A DNA stretch of 64,000 nucleotides from Planctomycetota bacterium (GTDB lineage: Bacteria; Planctomycetota; UBA1135; UBA2386): positions 5,664,001-5,728,000 of the forward strand of contig OZ245006.1 of assembly GCA_965223545.1 (NCBI GenBank), given 5' to 3'. A model generated the notes under the pieces. It was not told the DNA's origin, did not search any database, and saw only the letters and a program-made list of their open reading frames with translations. A program made the position numbers and the translations under genes. Positions 57,409 to 64,000 of this stretch are shown here, piece after piece. Position 1 is the first letter of the stretch. Each line of letters opens with the position of its first letter.

Positions 57409-58032
57409 TTGTCTTCGCCAGAGGATGCCCGATCCAAGAGGGTCCAGCCGCCGGCCGCCGACGCCGGCACCGGGCCCGAGGACCTGCTGCTGGTCCGGCG
57501 GGTGTTGCGCTCCGCCGACGAACAGGCGGTCGGCGCGTTGCTCGGGCGGCTGTCGTGCGTGCCACGCTTCGTCTATCGGTTGAATCGGTCGCTGGGCTAC
57601 GGCTTGGGCGCATCGCAGCTCGAAGACGTGGTCCAGCAGGTCTACTTGGCGATCTGGCCGCGGCTCGGCGATTTCGACGGCAGCGCGTCCCTGAGCAGCT
57701 GGGTCTACGGCTTCTGCCGCAACTGCACCCGCGCCGCGGCGCGGCGGCGGGCGGCCGCGCCGGCAGCGGTGCATGGCATCGAGGTGAGCACCGGCGAGGA
57801 CGGCATGCCCGAGCGGGGCGTCGTGCGGCGCGAGCGGGCCGACGCGGTCTGCGACGAGTTGTCCCGGCTGCCGCAGGCCGAGCGCGAGGTCGTGCTGCTG
57901 CGGCACCTCGAGGAATGGAGCTTCGAGCGGATCGCGCGGCACCAGAGCGTGGCGGCCAGCACGGTCAAGGATCGCTGCTACCGAGCCGTGCAGAAGCTGA
58001 GAGGAAGATTGGAGCGACGTGATGTCCAGTGA
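57409..58032 (+). CDS. ECF RNA polymerase sigma factor
   Basis: LEDVVQQVYLAIW...FDGSASLSSWVYGFCRN; LPQAEREVVLLRH...SFERIA...TVKDRCYRA; start uncertain. Confidence 0.88.
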   Translation: MSSPEDARSKRVQPPAADAGTGPEDLLLVRRVLRSADEQAVGALLGRLSCVPRFVYRLNRSLGYGLGASQLEDVVQQVYLAIWPRLGDFDGSASLSSWVYGFCRNCTRAAARRRAAAPAAVHGIEVSTGEDGMPERGVVRRERADAVCDELSRLPQAEREVVLLRHLEEWSFERIARHQSVAASTVKDRCYRAVQKLRGRLERRDVQ

Positions 58033-58651
58033 AGGCGAGCGTTTCGAGGGGCTCTTGGCCTCCGTGTTCGAGGACGAGCGGCAGCTGCGCGCCGCGGTGA
58101 TGGAGCCGCCGGATCCCCGCGAGGATGCCGATCCCGTGCTCCAGCAGCTGCAGCGGGCCGGTGCGCGTGCCGAGCTCGGTCTGCGCGCGCTGCGGCAGCC
58201 GCCGCCGGTCGTCGCGGTGGGGCCGCGGCGTGCGGTGCGCGGCCGGCGGCTCGGGTGGATGGCCGCGGCCGCCGCCGTGGTGGTGCTGGCGCTGGCGTGG
58301 GCGCTGTGGCCACCGCGCCGTCCCGCGGATGCGACCCTGGGCGGGGGCCTCGGCGGCACGCCGGTGATGAACATCCTGCTGACGCAGACCGTGTCGGATC
58401 AAGCGCGTTCGATCACTTGGCATGCGGTGCCCAACGCGCGCTCCTATGATGTGGTCATCGTCGATGAAGAGCAGCAGCCAGTGCTGGCGCGGCCGGAGCG
58501 GTGGGCGCGGAGCGTGACCTGGGAGCTGAGCCCGGGCGACGTCGAGCGCTTGCGCGCGCACCCGGGCCCGTTGTTCCTGCGGGTCGTGGCGCGCGATGGG
58601 ATCGGCTTGGAGGTGGCCACCACCGGCGACCGCGCGCTGGTGGTGCGGTAG
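58022..58651 (+). CDS. putative single-TM anti-sigma factor
   Basis: Overlaps the sigma gene; short cytoplasmic part, TM WMAAAAAVVVLALAWALW, periplasmic beta domain (ITWHAVPNARSYDVVI). Confidence 0.7.
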   Translation: MSSEGERFEGLLASVFEDERQLRAAVMEPPDPREDADPVLQQLQRAGARAELGLRALRQPPPVVAVGPRRAVRGRRLGWMAAAAAVVVLALAWALWPPRRPADATLGGGLGGTPVMNILLTQTVSDQARSITWHAVPNARSYDVVIVDEEQQPVLARPERWARSVTWELSPGDVERLRAHPGPLFLRVVARDGIGLEVATTGDRALVVR

Positions 58652-61320
58652 TGCCCGGCTGGCGGGGCGCGCTCCGCATCGGCGCGCTGCTGATTGGCTT
58701 CGGCCTCGGTGCGCAGCAGCCGGCGCCGATGGAGGCGTTCGGGCGGCATTTTCGCGAAGCGTGCGCGGCCCTGGCCGCGGGGGACCTGTCGCGCGCCGCG
58801 GCGGAGTTCGCCGCGGCCGACGAGTGGATCGATCGGCTGCCGGTCGAGCGCCGCGCCCAGGCCGCATTCTTCGGCGGCGTGCGGCGCGGCGAGCTGGCGC
58901 TGCGCGGCGGCGACCCGGCGGCGGCGCGCGCGCAGCTGCTGGCGACGCGAGACGCGGCGCGCAGCGCCCCCGCGGTGCGGGACAAGCCGGTCTACGGCGG
59001 CATCTACCGGGTCTTGCTGTGGACTCTGCTGTGGAGCTGCATGCCCGAGCACGAGGTGCTCGAGCTGCTCGACGAAGACGACGAGGCCGCGTTCCTGCTC
59101 GACCCGGCGACCGCGCGCGAGGTCGACCAGCGCATGGCGGCGTATGCCGTGCCGCTGCAGCTGCTGGCGGCGGAGCTGTTGCTGTGGCGTGGGCAGGAGG
59201 TCGAAGCGGTCGCCCGTTTGCAGGAGTTGGCGGACGTGGTGCGCGCGGATGCCGGCGTCGCCGCCGATTGGCGCGACCGCTGCTTGGTGCGGCTGGCGTT
59301 CTACTTCGCCGTGCGCGCCGACTACGACCGCGCCGAGCTCTACCTGGAGCAGGTGTCGGCCGCCGGCGCGCGCGAGCCGCGGGCGGTGATCGCGCTGCGG
59401 CGCGGCGACGTCGAGGGGGCGCTTGCCGTGGCCCGCGAGCTGGCGGCGGCGGATCCCGCCAAAGCGGCGCTGGCCGGCGAGGCGCTCGAGCAGCTCGGCC
59501 GCCACGCCGAGGCGCTGGAGCAGCACCGCATCGCCCTGCGCCACACGCCGCCGGCGCGCGATCTGGTGCAGCACGCGGTTGCGCGCGCCAACATCGCCGA
59601 GTGTCTGCTCGAGCTCGGGCAGCTCGACCAGGCGGGTGCCGCGCTGGCGGAGGCGTTTGCGGCGCTGGATTCCGCGCCGCCCAGCCGGCGGGCCGATGCC
59701 GAGCGGGCGCAGATGCTCACCGACGCTGGCCTGCTCGCCGAGCGCCGCGGTCAGCCGGATCAGGCGCTGGTGCGCTACCAGCAGGCGCTGGAGCGGCTCG
59801 ACGACGCGCGCCGGCGGTTGCCCTTCGACCCGCTGGGTTCGTCGTGGCTGCGCACGCACCTGGGCAGCGCGCTCGAGCCGGCGATCGAAGGCGTGGTGCG
59901 CACCGCGGCCGACAACTGGGTTGCGCTGGCGGCGGTCGAGTTCGGCAAGGCGCGTTCGCTGTTGGACCTGCTGACGGCGCCGTCGATCGCGGCGCCCGAC
60001 GACGCATTGCGGCGCGCGATGCAGGCGCTGGCGGTGGCCGGCGATGCCGCCGAGACCGCGGCGCTGCGGCAGGAGGTCGAGCGGTTGCGGGCGGCGGCGC
60101 GGCGGACGGCACCGCGGGCCGAAGCGCCGTCCGCCGACGCGCTGCGCAGCCAGTTGGCGGCGGCGCGCGGGGGTGTCTTCTTGTCGTATTGGCTGGGCCG
60201 CAAGCGCGCCTGGTTGCTCGCCGTGACCGGCGCCGGCGCGGAGCTCGCCTGCGCGCGCTACGACCTCGGTGCGCGCGATGCCGTGTTGCAGGACGTCGTC
60301 GCCGCGTTCCGCGCGGTGGCGCTTCGCGCCGCGGACCCCGATCCCGCGCTGCAGGCCGCCGCCGAGCGCCTGCTGCCGGCGGCGGTGCGCGGCGCGCTGG
60401 TCGAGGGTGCGGTGATCGTGTTCTGCCCGGATCCGGTGTTCGAGCGCGTGCCGTTCGAAGCGCTGCCGCTCGGCGGTGCGCCGCTCGGAGTTCGTCACGA
60501 CGTCGAGTGGGCGCCGTCGCTGGCGGTGCGCGACGCGCTGCGCGCCCGCCCTGCGCGCGGCCGCGCCATCGTGTGCGTCGACGGGGTCGAGGTCACCCCG
60601 ACCCTGCGGCGCGAGTTCGGCGTCGACCCCCTCGTGCACGGCGCGCTCGAGGGCGACTTGGTGGTCGCCGCCTACGCCGGCGCGTTGCCGCCGTTGCCGA
60701 TCGAGCGGCTGACGGGCGCGGCCGCCAGTCTCGAGGCGTTGTCGGCCACCCTGAAGCGCGCCGCGACCGACGTGTTGCACATCAACGCGCACGCCGTCGT
60801 GCGCCCGTTCGTGCCGTCGTCGTCCGCCCTGTTGCTCGCCAGCGGCCCCGAGTTCATGCCCTCGTTCGCGCACCAGCCGCTCGACGGCGCCATCGTCGTG
60901 CTCAGCGCGTGCGCTTCGGCGACCGGCGAGGCGCGCGGTGGCGAGGGGGTCGCTGGCCTGTTGTGGGGACCGCTCGGAGCCGGCGCGCGCGGCGTCGTGG
61001 CCTCGCGCTGGCAGGTCAACCAGGAATCCACCGCGCGGCTGATGGGGGGGTTCCACCGCGCGCGCGCGGCCGGCGCCGGCGAGGCGCGCGCCCTGCGGTT
61101 GGCGCGGCAGGAGCTGCTGCGCGACGCGGCGACCGCGCATCCTTATTACTGGGCGGGCTTCGTCAGCTACGGCGGACGTTCGGGAAACGTCGCACGCACG
61201 TTAGAATCTGTTCGTTACCGCCGAGACCAGTGGTTGTGGCCGGTCGGCGGAGCACTGATTGTAGCGGTCGGTATCAGTGCGGCGTTTGCCGTAGCCAGAC
61301 GCAAACGTCGCCGTCGCTAG
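58651..61320 (+). CDS. TPR + CHAT (caspase-like) domain protease, probably exported
   Basis: Signal-like N-terminus; TPR helices; KARSLLD, RVPFEAL, APSL, catalytic LHINAHA and VVLSAC, VVASRWQV, HPYYWAGF; C-terminal TM + RRKRRRR. Confidence 0.9.
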   Translation: MPGWRGALRIGALLIGFGLGAQQPAPMEAFGRHFREACAALAAGDLSRAAAEFAAADEWIDRLPVERRAQAAFFGGVRRGELALRGGDPAAARAQLLATRDAARSAPAVRDKPVYGGIYRVLLWTLLWSCMPEHEVLELLDEDDEAAFLLDPATAREVDQRMAAYAVPLQLLAAELLLWRGQEVEAVARLQELADVVRADAGVAADWRDRCLVRLAFYFAVRADYDRAELYLEQVSAAGAREPRAVIALRRGDVEGALAVARELAAADPAKAALAGEALEQLGRHAEALEQHRIALRHTPPARDLVQHAVARANIAECLLELGQLDQAGAALAEAFAALDSAPPSRRADAERAQMLTDAGLLAERRGQPDQALVRYQQALERLDDARRRLPFDPLGSSWLRTHLGSALEPAIEGVVRTAADNWVALAAVEFGKARSLLDLLTAPSIAAPDDALRRAMQALAVAGDAAETAALRQEVERLRAAARRTAPRAEAPSADALRSQLAAARGGVFLSYWLGRKRAWLLAVTGAGAELACARYDLGARDAVLQDVVAAFRAVALRAADPDPALQAAAERLLPAAVRGALVEGAVIVFCPDPVFERVPFEALPLGGAPLGVRHDVEWAPSLAVRDALRARPARGRAIVCVDGVEVTPTLRREFGVDPLVHGALEGDLVVAAYAGALPPLPIERLTGAAASLEALSATLKRAATDVLHINAHAVVRPFVPSSSALLLASGPEFMPSFAHQPLDGAIVVLSACASATGEARGGEGVAGLLWGPLGAGARGVVASRWQVNQESTARLMGGFHRARAAGAGEARALRLARQELLRDAATAHPYYWAGFVSYGGRSGNVARTLESVRYRRDQWLWPVGGALIVAVGISAAFAVARRKRRRR

Positions 61321-61378
61321 AGCGCAACAGGTGGAATCGTGCGCTGTGGCCCAGCTTGAATCGAGCTTCCGCTCATCG

Positions 61379-62959
61379 CTACAGCTGGTTGTTCGCAGAC
61401 TGACGTAGCCAGCGGAAGTCCTCTCGGGACAGGTAGCCGCCGATGAAGTAGTCTTCAATGACCGTTGCGCCATCGTTGAGTTTGTGGCGGGTCACCAACC
61501 CGCTGATACGTCGTGCCACGTGGGTTCGGAGAACGGAGATTAGCGACCAAGCTGTCTCTCGTAGAGTGCGGTAGTGCGTCGAAGTCAAACCCCCTGCCGA
61601 GTATGTTGCCCGGACCTCTTCCAGAAGAGCCATGAGTGCGCTGATGCCCTTGCTGAGTTCGTTCACGTAATCGGTTTGTTGCTCTTTTTCGGGGTCGATT
61701 ACCGGTCGCTCAAGCGGTGAGTCGCCGACTCGTCGAAGGTTTACGTTGGTTGGCAAGGCCCTAACGTATATGTCGGTGATGTTTTGCAGGAGCCGTGCAT
61801 TCTTCCATCCAGAAATGAACCACACGAGAAATGCCATGACCGCTGCGGAGGTGGCTGCAACCGATGTAAGAAACAGGACCCACGCGCGAACGCGATCGTG
61901 CCACTTGCCGCTGTGTTCTTTGTCGAAGGCTGCGAAGAAGGCGTGTTCATTCAGGTAATCCTTCTCGGGATCGGCCTTTCGGATTGCTTCGAGTTGTTCG
62001 AGGAACTCTCGTAGTGAAGCATCGGGAAGGTCGCGCGAGCAAATCAGATACGCGTAGCTGCCGAACGTTGTGGTGCTCTCCCACTCGGATCCGTAGCGGT
62101 CCTCAAATGTTGTTGGGCGGAGGCTGCGGCCGAACTCGCGATTGATCAGCTCAACCGTCGCGGGCCGAATGTTGATGAGTCCTAGTTCCGGCGATTTGTC
62201 GAGGGCATTCTTGACTCGGTCAACGGGTAGGCCCGCCATGTAAAACACGATGCCGCATGGCGACCCCGGTTGGGTGAGTGCATCGACCGCCTCCGGAAGA
62301 GGAAGGCCCAAGTCGTTTCTAGCGGAGATATCGAGCAGGTTGAAGAGAAAGCTCGAGAAGACCTGTGTGCCGCTGCCTGGTTGCCCGGAGCTAATGGTCG
62401 AGTGCGAGAAGATTTTGCGAAACTCCGGCATCTCGACTGAGACTTCGTTGTTCTCGATGGCGGCGAGAAGGACAGGTTTTTCGTCATCCGTTAGGGTCTC
62501 CGATTCTGCGGCATGAGCGAGCAGGCGCTGTCGGTTGTATATGATGTGCATTCGCTCCAGGTATAGTGGGACCACAAAGCGAACATTGCTGCGGATGATA
62601 TCGTCTTTCCTAAGTGTGTCTTCCTGAAGGAAGCCGACTGACTTGGCCGTGGCCATTACTTTGACGGCGTTCTCAAACCCTCCACTTGTTGCTCCGAACG
62701 GAGCATCGCCAACCGGCTCAAGGAGGTCTTCGGCGTCGCGTAGCACGGATGTGGCGAGTGCGTGATAGATTCCGTCCTTTTCTCCAGCAAATAGTCGGAC
62801 TTTGTCGGTTGCGAAGCGGGGCCACAGGTTTCGGCTGGGGTCATAGAACTCTGTGACGTAGTAGTAAAGTCCTACAGAGAGCGCGACGGCTAGCGTGTAG
62901 AGAGCGGTGCGGACAACGCGTGGGTGGCGTGCAAAGATGTCGACTGCGCCTGCCTGCAT
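61379..62959 (-). CDS. TAXI-family solute-binding-like protein with flanking TMs and C-terminal helical domain
   Basis: AGEKDGIYH, TSGGFENA, GFLQED, PLYLERMHI, GQPGSGT; visibly lower GC than the flanks. Confidence 0.7.
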   Translation of the reverse strand: MQAGAVDIFARHPRVVRTALYTLAVALSVGLYYYVTEFYDPSRNLWPRFATDKVRLFAGEKDGIYHALATSVLRDAEDLLEPVGDAPFGATSGGFENAVKVMATAKSVGFLQEDTLRKDDIIRSNVRFVVPLYLERMHIIYNRQRLLAHAAESETLTDDEKPVLLAAIENNEVSVEMPEFRKIFSHSTISSGQPGSGTQVFSSFLFNLLDISARNDLGLPLPEAVDALTQPGSPCGIVFYMAGLPVDRVKNALDKSPELGLINIRPATVELINREFGRSLRPTTFEDRYGSEWESTTTFGSYAYLICSRDLPDASLREFLEQLEAIRKADPEKDYLNEHAFFAAFDKEHSGKWHDRVRAWVLFLTSVAATSAAVMAFLVWFISGWKNARLLQNITDIYVRALPTNVNLRRVGDSPLERPVIDPEKEQQTDYVNELSKGISALMALLEEVRATYSAGGLTSTHYRTLRETAWSLISVLRTHVARRISGLVTRHKLNDGATVIEDYFIGGYLSREDFRWLRQSANNQL

Positions 62960-63047
62960 TGAGTTCTAGCTCCTCACGGGTCTCGAGGTCGTTCCGCCGT
63001 GGGTCGGCGACGGCACCTCACATCGCTCAGAACGTTGAGAGCGAGAC

Positions 63048-63087
63048 GGCCGGACGCAGAAACCAGGGGAAACTGGTTCCGCCGGCC
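63048..63087 (-). terminator. hairpin just after the FG-GAP gene stop
   Basis: On the minus strand, GGCCGG-CGGAACCAG-TTTCCC-CTGGTTTCTG-CGT-CCGGCC; no clear U-tract. Confidence 0.45.
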
Positions 63088-63089
63088 TC

Positions 63090-64000
63090 TCAGTTCCAGG
63101 GCAGCACGTCGTCGTCGATCGCCGGTGCCGGCGGTGTCGTGTGCACGCTCCAGCGCGCGCCGATCGCCGACTTGATCAAACCGCCGCCGCTCCAGTACAG
63201 GATCGCCGAGGCGTCGCGGCGGGCGCCGCCGTTCAGGGCGTTGGCGGGGTCCTTGTAGTGGGCGGAGAGCATGACTTCGCCGCCGAAGGTGAGGCCGCCG
63301 GGCATCCAGTGGGGGCCGCGGGCGATCAGCTGTGGGAGCTTGGTCGCCACCGTCTGCACGAAGGTGGTGAAGCGGACCATCGCGGTGCTGGGATCGATGG
63401 GGCGGACGTCGCGGCCCCAGTAGACGAACTCCGGCGATGGCAGGGTCACGTCCTCCTGAAACACCGCCAGCTCGACCTCGGTGGCGCCCGTTGGCGAGCG
63501 GGCGAACGGCATGGTGAGCTCGATCTCCCACTGGTGCAGGCCGGTCTCGCCGACCTTGCCGCGGTCGACGAGCTGCACGCCGACCGGGCGGCGGTCGATC
63601 TCGCGGTTGAGCAGGCGGAGCCAATGGGCGCGGTCGGCGAGCTGCACGAACACGTCCTCGTCGCCATCGCCGTCGGCATCGCCTCGCAGCAGGCTGACCG
63701 CCCCGCCGCGCGCGGGGCCGATGCCGGCGTACGCCGTGTCCGGCGGCGCGCGGTAGACCTGTGGGCGCCCGAAGCTGCCGGCTCCGAGCGCGGGAAACAG
63801 CGCGACGCCGCCGCCGTCCGCCGTGTAGGCCAGCACGGTGGCCGACTTGCCCAAGCGCTCACCGAACGCGGTCGCGGCGTGGAACGGCGCCAGCGCCCCG
63901 CCGGGGTGCGCGAGCCCGACCGCGTCCCAACCCGACGGCGTCGCGCGCAACAGCACCACGCCATTGGTCAGCACGATGCCGACCTCGTCGCGGCCGTCGC
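63090..64000 (-). CDS. FG-GAP/VCBS-repeat protein, C-terminal part (partial)
   Basis: DGRDEVGIV and GDADGDGDEDVFV Ca-binding-type motifs; ORF runs off the window end. Confidence 0.65.
   Translation of the reverse strand, partial: DGRDEVGIVLTNGVVLLRATPSGWDAVGLAHPGGALAPFHAATAFGERLGKSATVLAYTADGGGVALFPALGAGSFGRPQVYRAPPDTAYAGIGPARGGAVSLLRGDADGDGDEDVFVQLADRAHWLRLLNREIDRRPVGVQLVDRGKVGETGLHQWEIELTMPFARSPTGATEVELAVFQEDVTLPSPEFVYWGRDVRPIDPSTAMVRFTTFVQTVATKLPQLIARGPHWMPGGLTFGGEVMLSAHYKDPANALNGGARRDASAILYWSGGGLIKSAIGARWSVHTTPPAPAIDDDVLPWN

Noticed and set aside
58651..61320. CHAT protease as part of a type III-E CRISPR (Craspase) locus
   Set aside because: No Cas7-11 or array, and the protease appears exported; only the regulatory logic is analogous

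Overview
High-GC, gene-dense window from a diderm bacterium. A Planctomycetota origin is likely (DUF1570 protein, paired prenyltransferase-repeat proteins, 'HGGxYRGP' HEAT protein, ECF sigma factors, GT9 heptosyltransferase), but this is an inference. Much of it is housekeeping or envelope function: the end of a pstCAB operon, ydbH-ynbE-ydbL, an MPG glycosylase, a FabZ-like dehydratase, mscL, a K+ channel, M1/S9 peptidases, an SNF2 helicase and two two-component systems. The most notable items are: (1) a translationally coupled operon of a coiled-coil protein, a membrane protein (longin/roadblock-like domain, TM, BON/OmpA-like) and a Rab-like small GTPase, with a probable partner histidine kinase/NarL pair about 6 kb away; (2) a full-length homolog of the actinobacterial arabinofuranosyltransferase AftA next to a PIG-L deacetylase lipoprotein; (3) an ECF sigma/anti-sigma/exported TPR-CHAT protease operon; (4) a probable 6S RNA on the minus strand that the ORF track cannot show; (5) a Y1/HUH transposase, a REP-like doublet, a nucleotidyltransferase two-gene module and a low-GC TAXI-like insert. 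No tRNA, rRNA or CRISPR array was seen. All family calls come from motif recognition by eye, with no database searches, and several starts are trimmed from the ORF track.
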